Virus record (IMG/VR): IMGVR_UViG_3300043570_001980 | Coordinates: 1-64,000 of that record | DNA: 64,000 nt | Reading direction: 5' to 3' (one strand) | The notes under the pieces: generated by a model | What the model saw: only the letters and a program-made list of their open reading frames with translations | Told to the model about the DNA's origin: nothing | Database searches by the model: none | Part shown: positions 8,388 through 16,939 of the stretch, one piece after another | Layout: each line of letters begins with the position of its first letter | Numbering within the stretch: the stretch's first letter is position 1 | Made by a program: the position numbers and the translations under genes

Positions 8388-9458
8388 TTATTTACTATGA
8401 TCTTTAAGATAACGGTATTTTATTAGAACACTTGCAATGTCTTTATGCATTGTTTGTTGCCAATCAGTGTCCATCATGACATTGTAATTATGTTCAACAA
8501 TGGATTGTATTTGATGTGTGACTTCTGCTGGATCTAAAGCGGTCAAGTATTCTGCTTGGTCACAGGCCATTTTAACGCGAGTTTCTGTGTTGTCTATGCC
8601 ATCGTAGCTTTCATCTATGACTTTGTTAAATGTTTTAAACCCAAGACGTCTTAGATTTTTCAGATAGTGCTTGCCAGCCGCCACAATAAACAGTCTACGT
8701 GCCAGTATTGGTTTAACTATCTTTTCTGTAAAAAAAGTCCATTCGTTAGCAGGCACAGTTTCTGCCACAAATGAAAAATGTGTTTTATTATAAATGTCCA
8801 CTGGTATAATTTGACTCAAGCTAACAATTTGATTGTTTACCAGGACTTCTTGCACAGTAAATGGAATTTCCTGTTCGGGCTTGGGCAATATTTCAGAAGG
8901 CCATGCAAATTCAGATTCAGAGTAATTTCTTAGGTCAAGATCTTGATCTGTTGGAAAATATGTAACAATATTTTTATCATGGTCAATATTTTTAAACACC
9001 ATGTCTCTGTGCAACTTGTGTCGGCCCAACAACACATCAAAATAATGTGTTTTGTTTTCAAATGTCAACTGTTCCAGTATATTTGGATTACCAACATAAA
9101 AATCTTTGGTACTCCAAAAGAAATAAGGGCACAAATTTACTTCTGAGTAGTTTAATTCAAAATTTAAACTACCACCTATAAAAAAGAACACATTAGAAGA
9201 ATCAAATTCTTTGCACCAATCGGATTCAACCAGTTTGGGCATGAAAATCAACACCATGTGCCCGGTTTTACAAATGTGGGTGACTTTTTCTTTAACTTCA
9301 TTGGAAAATTCTAAAATTTCAACCAGGGCTATTCGGTCTGGTGAAGCCGACCATTCTTCTAAATCTGATGTAACAGTATAGTCTCCAATTTTTAAAAATG
9401 TGGTTGCTTGACTGAGCCACCAGTGGGCTTGTTCTGTGTCTACGTAAATGTTGTACAT
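8388..9458 (-). CDS. Hypothetical protein, possibly glycosyltransferase-related C-terminus
   Basis: 356 aa; FFTEKIVKPI...LGFKTFNKVIDESYD; TAAATA 5 nt upstream of the ATG. Function is a guess. Confidence 0.7.
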   Translation of the reverse strand: MYNIYVDTEQAHWWLSQATTFLKIGDYTVTSDLEEWSASPDRIALVEILEFSNEVKEKVTHICKTGHMVLIFMPKLVESDWCKEFDSSNVFFFIGGSLNFELNYSEVNLCPYFFWSTKDFYVGNPNILEQLTFENKTHYFDVLLGRHKLHRDMVFKNIDHDKNIVTYFPTDQDLDLRNYSESEFAWPSEILPKPEQEIPFTVQEVLVNNQIVSLSQIIPVDIYNKTHFSFVAETVPANEWTFFTEKIVKPILARRLFIVAAGKHYLKNLRRLGFKTFNKVIDESYDGIDNTETRVKMACDQAEYLTALDPAEVTHQIQSIVEHNYNVMMDTDWQQTMHKDIASVLIKYRYLKDHSK

Positions 9459-9526
9459 AATAATATTTAACTACTAAACTCAGACACTATCAATTTATCC
9501 AAAAGTACCAAAATAGCACGTAAAAA

Positions 9527-9557
9527 TGTTGCGGTGCAACAATTTATCATATATAAT
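9527..9557 (+). promoter_or_regulatory. Sigma70 promoter with palindromic operator over the -35
   Basis: TGTTGCGGTGCAACA (9527-9541) overlaps TTGCGG (9529); 17 nt spacer; TATAAT (9552). Confidence 0.6.
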
Positions 9558-9623
9558 ATACACTAAGGACGCTGGATAGGCCGGGTCCTAAATTGTAAAC
9601 TCGCTTAATTAAAGGAGAACACT

Positions 9624-9899
9624 ATGTTCACAGCAGACGCACTAATCGACACCGTTCAAACCGGTAAAAAAACTTTTGTTAATACATTCGTTCAAAACGA
9701 AACTGTTAAAGACTCAATGGTCAAGTTTATTGACGCCCAAGCAGACTACACCAAAAAAGCTGCCAAGGTTGGAATGGATACTTTTACTACAGTATCACAA
9801 GAAATGGTAAAAGCTGGCCAGGAAGCAATGAAATTTGACTACACCAAGTTTGGTGAAGGTATCATGAAGGCTTACCAAAATAACACAGCCAAGAAGTAA
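9624..9899 (+). CDS. Phasin-like amphipathic protein
   Basis: 91 aa, predicted all-helical amphipathic pattern; strong AAAGGAG SD. Family call tentative. Confidence 0.5.
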   Translation: MFTADALIDTVQTGKKTFVNTFVQNETVKDSMVKFIDAQADYTKKAAKVGMDTFTTVSQEMVKAGQEAMKFDYTKFGEGIMKAYQNNTAKK

Positions 9900-9916
9900 T
9901 TTGGCTACCGGTCTAG

Positions 9917-9945
9917 TTGACCAATAAATCCTGTTTGTGTATAAT
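9917..9945 (+). promoter_or_regulatory. Sigma70 promoter
   Basis: TTGACC-N17-TATAAT; ATG at 9952. Confidence 0.85.
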
Positions 9946-9971
9946 AGCTACATGAACAGGATTTTTCTTTT
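9926..9971 (+). terminator. Terminator-like hairpin enclosing a -10 box
   Basis: AAATCCTGTT / AACAGGATTT perfect 10-bp inverted repeat, then TTCTTTT. Confidence 0.6.
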
Positions 9972-10167
9972 ATCCATTTTATTAATTACAGGGTGTACAT
10001 CTACCCGGCCGCCTGTTGACGTCACACTCATTCCTGATGATTGTGCCAATCGACATGCTATAATCAGATGGTTAGAAACTCAGAGTACCCAAAATGATTC
10101 TGCAGAATTTCAACGCCAAGTCCGTGGCCGTATTTGGCGCATCCGTTATATTTGTCAGCCTGTTTAG
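9952..10167 (+). CDS. Small lipoprotein
   Basis: MNRIFLLSILLITGC lipobox. Confidence 0.75.
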   Translation: MNRIFLLSILLITGCTSTRPPVDVTLIPDDCANRHAIIRWLETQSTQNDSAEFQRQVRGRIWRIRYICQPV

Positions 10168-10435
10168 TGGCTGTGCTGTACAACAGCCGATGCATGCCAT
10201 TGATTTAGAAAGCTTTCAAATCAATTGTCGCATTAAAGAACAGCAAATGCAATTTTTGCAGAGCATGCGTTCTGGAAGAGATGAACGCATGCTGGCAGGT
10301 GTGGGAAATTTAACACAACCCTGGAGCCGTTGGACAAACAATGAAGAACACTACCAGCGTCGAAGTATTCATAATGGGCGCACAAACTGGTTGATTAATC
10401 AACATCTAATGCACTTGTCTAGAGATTGTTCATGA
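10094..10435 (+). CDS. Lipoprotein
   Basis: Hydrophobic stretch then LFSGC lipobox; start uncertain. Confidence 0.7.
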   Translation: MILQNFNAKSVAVFGASVIFVSLFSGCAVQQPMHAIDLESFQINCRIKEQQMQFLQSMRSGRDERMLAGVGNLTQPWSRWTNNEEHYQRRSIHNGRTNWLINQHLMHLSRDCS

Positions 10436-10989
10436 AAAAAACATTAATACTTTTACTGATACCAGCGGCTGTTAGTGCTCAAGAATGTGTGCTACAAGAT
10501 CGTACAGTGACCAAAACGTCAGCGGTTATTGCAGAACGCAGTCAGATCAGGAGAGATGTAGTTGCCACTGCTTCTGGTAAAAAATGCATAGTTGACTTCA
10601 GAGCCAGAGTGGGGGTAAATTGGCATACTGCATTTGGTGAGTACAATTGGTCCGGTGACAGACCTGAAAATGAAGCCTGTGCCATTGCAGTTTCTAGAGC
10701 CGATGATTCGGTTAGAGAACGTGTGGGCAAAAACCAAACCACCAATGAAAAAGTTCTGGTCTGCAAGGACCAACCAAAATTGTCCGTTCTGTCTAGCACA
10801 CAAGTTGGTACAGTTGGTGATGTTGGTCAATTTAGGCCCCATCCAGAATACCCAAAACGTTTTTATCATAATGGAACCGAATGTAAATGGTTTGTTGAAT
10901 CTAATTTTGTTGCTCGTGATATTCGAACATACCAAGGTGTTATCTGCCAAATCCGAGAAGGAAAATGGGTAGTTACGGACAAATTTTGA
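10432..10989 (+). CDS. Secreted Cys-containing protein
   Basis: MKKTLILLLIPAAVSA signal peptide; 6 Cys. Confidence 0.75.
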   Translation: MKKTLILLLIPAAVSAQECVLQDRTVTKTSAVIAERSQIRRDVVATASGKKCIVDFRARVGVNWHTAFGEYNWSGDRPENEACAIAVSRADDSVRERVGKNQTTNEKVLVCKDQPKLSVLSSTQVGTVGDVGQFRPHPEYPKRFYHNGTECKWFVESNFVARDIRTYQGVICQIREGKWVVTDKF

Positions 10990-10990
10990 C

Positions 10991-11019
10991 TTGACTGGAT
11001 ATTGCGTTTTATGTACAAT
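10991..11019 (+). promoter_or_regulatory. Sigma70 promoter
   Basis: TTGACT-N17-TACAAT. Confidence 0.7.
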
Positions 11020-11051
11020 TGTGCTATGTTAACTAATGCCAGGAGGCTACA

Positions 11052-11180
11052 ATGAAGATGTTTGTTATTGGTACCATTTTTGGTCTAATACTTGCTACGG
11101 TTGGATTCAGCGGTATTGCTCGTATGCTAGACAAAGGGGTGGATACAGTTAAAACTCAAAGTCAGGAGATGGCAAAATGA
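11052..11180 (+). CDS. 42-aa membrane peptide
   Basis: MKMFVIGTIFGLILATVGFSGIARMLDKGVDTVKTQSQEMAK*; AGGAGG SD. Confidence 0.7.
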   Translation: MKMFVIGTIFGLILATVGFSGIARMLDKGVDTVKTQSQEMAK

Positions 11181-11346
11181 AAAAAGCAGTTGCTATATTA
11201 CTTGTCCTAATGCTTGCAGTTTTTGGTCAGATACTTGCTACTAACAGCAGTATTGCTCGCATGTCAGACAAAGGGGTGGATACAGTTAAAACTCAAAGTC
11301 AGGAGATGGCAAAATGAAAAAAGCAGTTGCTATATTACTTGTCTCG
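11077..11346 (+). repeat. Tandem duplication, 137-bp period
   Basis: gacaaaggggtggatacagttaaaactcaaagtcaggagatggcaaaatgaaaaaagcagttgctatattacttgtc occurs twice; diverged flanking homology upstream. Confidence 0.95.
11177..11317 (+). CDS. 46-aa chimeric peptide created by the duplication
   Basis: MKKAVAILLVLMLAVFGQILATNSSIARMSDKGVDTVKTQSQEMAK*; in frame, ATGA-coupled at both ends. Confidence 0.6.
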   Translation: MKKAVAILLVLMLAVFGQILATNSSIARMSDKGVDTVKTQSQEMAK

Positions 11347-11436
11347 ATGCTCACAGCCTGTGGAACCATGGGCGGAGCAGTAGGTGGTGCCGGCGAAGAT
11401 CTTAAAAAAGCCGGCGAATGGATTAAAACTCGTTAA
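11314..11436 (+). CDS. Entericidin EcnA/B-family lipoprotein
   Basis: MKKAVAILLVSMLTACGTMGGAVGGAGEDLKKAGEWIKTR*; LTAC lipobox and GAGEDLKKAG pattern. Confidence 0.75.
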   Translation: MKKAVAILLVSMLTACGTMGGAVGGAGEDLKKAGEWIKTR

Positions 11437-11445
11437 GGAAAAATT

Positions 11446-12033
11446 ATGAAAAAACTTATTTTATTGGCACCCATTGTGGTTATTTTGGCGGCATGTAGTT
11501 CGTCTCCCAAAGACCCCTACGAACGCAGGGTTTACCATGATGAACAGCGCAGAGAAAAAGCGGCCGAACAGGCCATTGACCGAGCACCCAAATGGATGAC
11601 TGACCTACCAGTTTCTAAATCTGCTGTTTATCAAAATGGTACGGCTGTGAGCCCAGATTACAGCATGGCAGTTAGCAAAGCTAAAACCGTTGCATTTGGT
11701 AAAATTTGTATGAGTGCAGGCGGCCGTGTAAATCAGCAAAGCAAGATTTACCGAACAGACAGTGAAAATGCCAGCACTGAGTTCAGCGAACTGGCAATTA
11801 AAACATATTGCCCAGGTGTTGATATTTCGGGTGTGGAAGTTGCCGCAGAAGGCATCAAAGTTATTCCAGAAAATGGGCGTTTCAGAGCCTATGTTTTAAT
11901 TGCACTACCAATTGGGGAGGCAAACGGAATCCAGAAAGTGACTGATGCTCGTAACCAGCGCAGATTAGCCGAAACCCGTAGTCGTGAAAGCTTTAAAGAG
12001 ATGGAACGTACAGAAACTCAAAAGCCCCAGTAA
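11446..12033 (+). CDS. Lipoprotein (LPP20-like)
   Basis: ILAAC lipobox; PKW...G.A.S.D..MA...A pattern. Confidence 0.7.
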   Translation: MKKLILLAPIVVILAACSSSPKDPYERRVYHDEQRREKAAEQAIDRAPKWMTDLPVSKSAVYQNGTAVSPDYSMAVSKAKTVAFGKICMSAGGRVNQQSKIYRTDSENASTEFSELAIKTYCPGVDISGVEVAAEGIKVIPENGRFRAYVLIALPIGEANGIQKVTDARNQRRLAETRSRESFKEMERTETQKPQ

Positions 12034-12050
12034 GTTCACCATAAGTACTA

Positions 12051-12101
12051 GGGTTAGCTAAAAGTGTGCTATAATACACTTTTAGTTGACCCTTTTCTTT
12101 T
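12051..12101 (+). terminator. 17-bp hairpin with extended -10 box in the loop
   Basis: GGGTTAGCTAAAAGTGT-GCTATAAT-ACACTTTTAGTTGACCC then TTTTCTTTT; the two mismatches are G-U compatible. Confidence 0.7.
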
Positions 12102-12113
12102 GAGCGAGATTAC

Positions 12114-12689
12114 ATGACACAAATTAAAGATGACGAAGATTACATTAGCCCTGGACAAAGCTTGCTTGAAGCTGGTATGTATGCCTTTATGGGTCCAGTA
12201 GATACCGAAAGTGTTAAGCCGGTAATTGAATGGATTCTTCATGCCAACTATGTTGTTAAGAAAAAGAAAAAAGAACTACTGCTAATGATTTGCAGTGAAG
12301 GTGGAGATTTGGAGCCTGCCTTTGCATTGATCGACGTAATGCAGAGTAGCAACATACCAATCAAGACTGTTGGGCTAGGTCAGATTTCTTCTTCGGGTTT
12401 GTTGATATTTCTAGCAGGAACTCCAGGCCGAAGATTGTTAACCCCAAATACCAGTATTTTGAGTCATCAATTTAGTTGGGGATCAGATGGCAAAGCACAC
12501 GAACTGTTTGCCACAGTCAAAGAGTTTGAACTCTGCCAGAAACGAATGCTTAATCACTATAAACAGGCCACTGGACTTGATGAAGATAAACTAAAACAAT
12601 GCTTGTTGCCACCACATGATGTCTGGCTCAGTGCCGAGGAAGCACTGGACTTTGGAATCTGCAATTCCATTAGCCGACTTGCTCGTTAA
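12114..12689 (+). CDS. clpP: Clp protease proteolytic subunit-like
   Basis: ICSEGG, GLGQISSSG (catalytic Ser position), SHQ (His), DVWLSAEEALDFG (Asp). Confidence 0.88.
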   Translation: MTQIKDDEDYISPGQSLLEAGMYAFMGPVDTESVKPVIEWILHANYVVKKKKKELLLMICSEGGDLEPAFALIDVMQSSNIPIKTVGLGQISSSGLLIFLAGTPGRRLLTPNTSILSHQFSWGSDGKAHELFATVKEFELCQKRMLNHYKQATGLDEDKLKQCLLPPHDVWLSAEEALDFGICNSISRLAR

Positions 12690-14263
12690 CGACCACCAGG
12701 ACGGCGCTTGCGACCCAATGCTTGATCGGGATTCTTTGGAGCACCAACATCCCCGGCCGCTTTGATATCACTGCGTGGTGGAATGTAGTCTACCAATTCT
12801 CCAGCGTTGTTTGCTCCGGGTGTGTTAGTGGTAGCTGACTTTTCTACGTTGGGCTCTACTCTAGGTTCTTTGTTGATATTAAATACCAACTTGCCGCCCG
12901 AGCTCGAAGTACTTGAATAACTCTTTTGTGCTTCTAACGTCACTTCGGTAAACAACTTGCTGGGCCATACTGTGGTAAACCCAGTGATGATAAATTCTTC
13001 CTTGCCTTTTTTAGCTTCAGTGTACATTTGAACAAACGCAGAGTTATTGAGAATATCTGCACCTGCTTCACTAAAATTTGTTTTTAAATTAATTTCGTTA
13101 CAGACTTTGTAGGCAATGCTAGACACCAAATGATTCAATGGTACAATTTTAGATGGATCATCGGCTTTGCGTTCTTTGTAAATTGCTTTTAGATTATCAG
13201 TTAAGTCAGTGTTGTCAATATCAAAGCCCTTTACACCAGCATACTGTTTTAAAGTCATGACCTGTTGTGCTTCAGTTTTGTCGATTATGCCAAGTTGTGT
13301 TGCAAGGTTTAATGGTCCTGAGTCGTGATTGCCTTTGTTGATGGTTTCCAAGATATCAATTACATCTGCATACTGCTCAGTAAACTGTGTCATCCCTGCC
13401 GCTTCAAGTTCACGCACACTCTTGAGTAAATTAACACTAGATGCCATTGCACCTTTGGCACCTTTACTGGATAGTTTAATCTGTTTACCATTTGGCGCTA
13501 TTAATAAACTGTCATAGAGTTCTCCGCCCACACCCTCATTGAATGACACAACACAATCGCTGTAGTCGCCCCCAAGGAACAATTCTGCGGCCTTGCCAGC
13601 ATTGCCCTTGACTGGCATGTTGTTTATTAAAGCAATAGGCTGTAGCATTTCGCAGAAGTAATCACGAAAAGCCCCAAAGTCCATGTTACCAGCAGGAACC
13701 ACAACTGGAAACTGTGTGGACTTGTTAAAAATTGCTGCCGCTTGATACTCGGTGCTGTCTGCACCAAATTTGGTTTTTATTTGTTCTAATATACTAGATG
13801 GGGTTTGACTCTTGAAGTTAGTTAACACATCACTGGGCTTGTATCCAACTTTTTCTTTACTGCCTCTTGCGCTGACTTGGTTAAATCCCCCAGGGATGTC
13901 TACTGTTTGAAAAAAAGTATTTTGGGTACGCACTGGTTTAATGTCCGAAGCAAACTTGGCTAGATATCTACGACCAACAGCAGTATCAAATTGTGCAATA
14001 GCAAATGCTAGTGTACGTGCAGTTGGTTGATTAATTTTTTCAATTGGGTGCTTGATTGATCGTTGTACTTGATCAAACGCCGCAATCATATCTTCGTAGC
14101 TGGGATATTTTCCTGGATCTGGATAAAATTGCATGCCTTGAAAAACAATTTTGTCCTGATCATCAGTGGATCCGGTACGTACAAACGCATCGCCGGGATT
14201 TCTGGCACTAAGGCCACGTGCTTCAAAAACAAGGTTATCTAGAATATTAATTAAGTCTCGCAT
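12686..14263 (-). CDS. Large hypothetical late protein, possibly virion-associated
   Basis: Probable start MRDLINILDNLVFEA at 14263 with TAAATA 4 nt upstream; YDS...IKLSSKG may be a PD-(D/E)xK-like remnant. Confidence 0.7.
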   Translation of the reverse strand: MRDLINILDNLVFEARGLSARNPGDAFVRTGSTDDQDKIVFQGMQFYPDPGKYPSYEDMIAAFDQVQRSIKHPIEKINQPTARTLAFAIAQFDTAVGRRYLAKFASDIKPVRTQNTFFQTVDIPGGFNQVSARGSKEKVGYKPSDVLTNFKSQTPSSILEQIKTKFGADSTEYQAAAIFNKSTQFPVVVPAGNMDFGAFRDYFCEMLQPIALINNMPVKGNAGKAAELFLGGDYSDCVVSFNEGVGGELYDSLLIAPNGKQIKLSSKGAKGAMASSVNLLKSVRELEAAGMTQFTEQYADVIDILETINKGNHDSGPLNLATQLGIIDKTEAQQVMTLKQYAGVKGFDIDNTDLTDNLKAIYKERKADDPSKIVPLNHLVSSIAYKVCNEINLKTNFSEAGADILNNSAFVQMYTEAKKGKEEFIITGFTTVWPSKLFTEVTLEAQKSYSSTSSSGGKLVFNINKEPRVEPNVEKSATTNTPGANNAGELVDYIPPRSDIKAAGDVGAPKNPDQALGRKRRPGGR

Positions 14264-14291
14264 CCTATATTTACCACGATAAGTAACAACA

Positions 14292-15599
14292 ATGGAACAA
14301 AATAAATTGAATATCAACCAACAAACTTTTTGTATTAGTCCCTGGACTGAAGTCAGGATCAATTCAGACGGCACAATGAACTTTTGTCATTTTGCTGATC
14401 GTGCTGACTTACCAAACAGTGAGCATATCAATTCAATGACTGTGGATGAGTATTTTTCAAATTCAAATTCAGCACAATCTGCAAGAAAAAATATACTCAA
14501 TGGAAACCCTGTTGCCCGATGTCATCGTTGCTATAAAGAAGATCAACACAGTGAAGTAACATTTCGTAGTCGCAGAAATCTGCAGGCTGCTATATTTCCG
14601 GGACAGGATTTTCAACAAAGCGCAGAAGAAAGTCCTGTTTGGAAAATTATCAATGCTGATAAATCTAGTCCAAGATTTTATCATATTAGCTTTAGTAATA
14701 TTTGCAACATGGCCTGTGTGATGTGTGATGGGTTTAACAGCACACTATTGGCTGCCGATTTAAATAAAATTGGCCTAAGAGATTCTAGTATTCCGATCAA
14801 ACACGACTGGACTGATACACCCACTTGGGGAAAATTCTGTGATCACTTGTTAAACAACAATGATATTGTTTGTCTGCATGTCATGGGCGGAGAACCGTTG
14901 TACCATAAACGATTTAGAGATTTGATAACATTCTTGTGCAACAACAATCACACAGATTTCCATCTTACTTTTGTGACCAATGGAACTATCTACGATCCAG
15001 AGTTGATGACACAATTAGAAAAATTTAAGTCTGTGCAGATTGAAATCAGCATTGAGAATCTAGACATTAGTAATGATTATATTCGATACCCAGGAAAAAC
15101 TAGCAAGATTGTCGACAACATTCGACAATATCTAGCCCACTCAAATGAAAAATTTAGCACAGTATTACGCACAGTTCCGCAACTGTTAAGTCTGATGCAC
15201 TACGATAAACTTTTGGATTTTTGTCTAGAACACTCTATCATTATTGACAGTAATGTCCTACATCGTCCAGAGTTTTTTAGACCCTGTTACCTTCCTAACT
15301 CGGCCAAGGAAGTAATTAAATCAAGACTTGCAAGATTTATTCTCAAAGATAAAGATGTACTGCACAATATTAACGTTAGAAATCAATCAAGAGTGGTAGA
15401 ATCAATATCTCATCATGCACAAATGATTATAGGATTGTTGGACCAGACTGGAGTCAACATAGAAACTGTTAGACAAGAACTAACTGACTATTGTGCTAAA
15501 TTTGATCAATTACGAGAACATGACTTGCGTGAGTTTGTGCCAGAACTAGCAGAATTTTTAGATGAGTACGGTTATGCAAAAAAACGATATCAAAATTAA
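14292..15599 (+). CDS. Radical SAM protein
   Basis: CNMACVMC; GGEP; N-terminal FCISPW and CxxC auxiliary motif. Confidence 0.9.
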   Translation: MEQNKLNINQQTFCISPWTEVRINSDGTMNFCHFADRADLPNSEHINSMTVDEYFSNSNSAQSARKNILNGNPVARCHRCYKEDQHSEVTFRSRRNLQAAIFPGQDFQQSAEESPVWKIINADKSSPRFYHISFSNICNMACVMCDGFNSTLLAADLNKIGLRDSSIPIKHDWTDTPTWGKFCDHLLNNNDIVCLHVMGGEPLYHKRFRDLITFLCNNNHTDFHLTFVTNGTIYDPELMTQLEKFKSVQIEISIENLDISNDYIRYPGKTSKIVDNIRQYLAHSNEKFSTVLRTVPQLLSLMHYDKLLDFCLEHSIIIDSNVLHRPEFFRPCYLPNSAKEVIKSRLARFILKDKDVLHNINVRNQSRVVESISHHAQMIIGLLDQTGVNIETVRQELTDYCAKFDQLREHDLREFVPELAEFLDEYGYAKKRYQN

Positions 15600-16014
15600 T
15601 CTTTCAGTCAGTACAAGAATGGTAACAACTGTTCCTGAATATACTATCAAACTCGATGACCATGTGTTATGGACAGTTACAGATTCAAGTAGACAGGATT
15701 TTTTAATTGTACAGTCAGTGTATCCTGGACAGCACAGATTAAGTATTGAGTTCTTTAATAAAAATTACAAGGAAATACAGCCCCCGAAATCTGACATGGC
15801 AGTGATTATTGATTCTATTAGATTTCAAAATATCAAATCAGATTTCAAAGTTTACTCAAAGTATCAGCCAACATATCCCGACGATTGGCTAGGAAACAAG
15901 GATAAGATTGTACATGCCAATTACCTGGGTTGGAATGGCATTTGGTATATAGATTTTGAAACGCCAATTTATCCGTGGATACATCAGCGTCTAGATCTAG
16001 GTTGGTTGTTGTAA
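15562..16014 (+). CDS. Hypothetical protein
   Basis: 150 aa; overlaps the radical SAM gene end; alternative start 15574. Confidence 0.7.
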   Translation: MSTVMQKNDIKINLSVSTRMVTTVPEYTIKLDDHVLWTVTDSSRQDFLIVQSVYPGQHRLSIEFFNKNYKEIQPPKSDMAVIIDSIRFQNIKSDFKVYSKYQPTYPDDWLGNKDKIVHANYLGWNGIWYIDFETPIYPWIHQRLDLGWLL

Positions 16015-16015
16015 C

Positions 16016-16114
16016 TTAAAACCAGCCAGCAAAGTCATCACCGATAACAGGATGTACTTCCCATCCTTGTTGTTTCCAACGCAACAACATCACAAGAGTT
16101 TCTATAAATGTCAT
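16016..16114 (-). CDS. 32-aa peptide
   Basis: MTFIETLVMLLRWKQQGWEVHPVIGDDFAGWF*; coupled to the upstream stop. Confidence 0.5.
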   Translation of the reverse strand: MTFIETLVMLLRWKQQGWEVHPVIGDDFAGWF

Positions 16115-16188
16115 TTATCAGACTCCTCTGCCAGGTATACAAGAATTATTACTCCAAATAATATGATTTGAATTGCTGCCAATTCCAT
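16111..16188 (-). CDS. 25-aa membrane peptide
   Basis: MELAAIQIILFGVIILVYLAEESDK*. Confidence 0.5.
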   Translation of the reverse strand: MELAAIQIILFGVIILVYLAEESDK

Positions 16189-16190
16189 AA

Positions 16191-16292
16191 TTATTTCCAA
16201 TAGTTGTATTTGCTTGCAGGGCTTTGACGATATGCATGGATTATTTCTGCCCAAGCAATTAAACATTCGTAAATTGTTGTAATAATTTTCAT
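16191..16292 (-). CDS. 33-aa peptide
   Basis: MKIITTIYECLIAWAEIIHAYRQSPASKYNYWK*; ATGA-coupled. Confidence 0.55.
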   Translation of the reverse strand: MKIITTIYECLIAWAEIIHAYRQSPASKYNYWK

Positions 16293-16465
16293 AGATAATT
16301 TTCCTTTTGAGAATTAAAATGTCGGATATAATTTTCCAACTGTGCGGCATCGGTAATGCCTTTGGTGTTTAGATAAGCATCTAAACGGCTTTGATAACTG
16401 CTACCTGGAAACATTTCGGCCAGGCGTTCTATAATTCCTAACATAAAGTCAGATAAAGTTTTCAT
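16289..16465 (-). CDS. DUF3563-like small protein
   Basis: MKTLSDFMLGIIERLAEMFPGSSYQSRLDAYLNTKGITDAAQLENYIRHF...; AAAGGA SD. Confidence 0.55.
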   Translation of the reverse strand: MKTLSDFMLGIIERLAEMFPGSSYQSRLDAYLNTKGITDAAQLENYIRHFNSQKENYL

Positions 16466-16515
16466 TGTGTGTTTTCCTTTTGATATAGAGACTTGTGGTT
16501 TCTACGGAGTATTTA

Positions 16516-16530
16516 TGTTGCGTTGCAATA
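16516..16530. promoter_or_regulatory. Second TGTTGC-N3-GCAAYA operator
   Basis: TGTTGCGTTGCAATA, adjacent to TAAATA on the - strand; flanked by direct repeats GGTTTCTACNGAGTA. Confidence 0.45.
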
Positions 16531-16687
16531 TCTCTAATGGTTTCTACTGAGTAATTAAAAATCAATCATTAAGCACCAAGTTAATGACTAAAATACCCAA
16601 GAATCGGACTCAACTAGCCCTGATACTGGATATATCTTTAAATAATTCTGCAGGTTATACAATCTGCTTTTTTAAGGAGTCTATATT

Positions 16688-16918
16688 ATGGACAAAGCGT
16701 ATGGAATGGTCAGTGCCTTTTTAGGCCAAATTGTTGACCTTGGTATTAAGTTAATCGCCGTTGGCGTTGTACTTCAAATTTTATTTGGAGCCGCCGTGCC
16801 CTTCTTGGGTATCGACGTTGTTGGTAGCATTGTTAAACTGGTCTCTGCCTTGGGCAGTCAAGGACTAGTTGGCTTGGTATCAATTGGTGTGATATATTGG
16901 GCATTTAACAAGAAGTAA
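16688..16918 (+). CDS. Small multi-TM membrane protein
   Basis: 76 aa, largely hydrophobic; AAGGAG SD; TAAATA at 16639. Confidence 0.75.
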   Translation: MDKAYGMVSAFLGQIVDLGIKLIAVGVVLQILFGAAVPFLGIDVVGSIVKLVSALGSQGLVGLVSIGVIYWAFNKK

Positions 16919-16939
16919 AAATAGACTTCAATATCACTG

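Noticed and set aside
11077-11346. Direct repeats as a CRISPR array
   Set aside because: Only two copies, coding and in frame; no spacers or cas genes.
16688-16918. Holin call for small TM proteins (also 25639-25944)
   Set aside because: Hydrophobicity alone is insufficient; no recognisable endolysin/spanin cassette.
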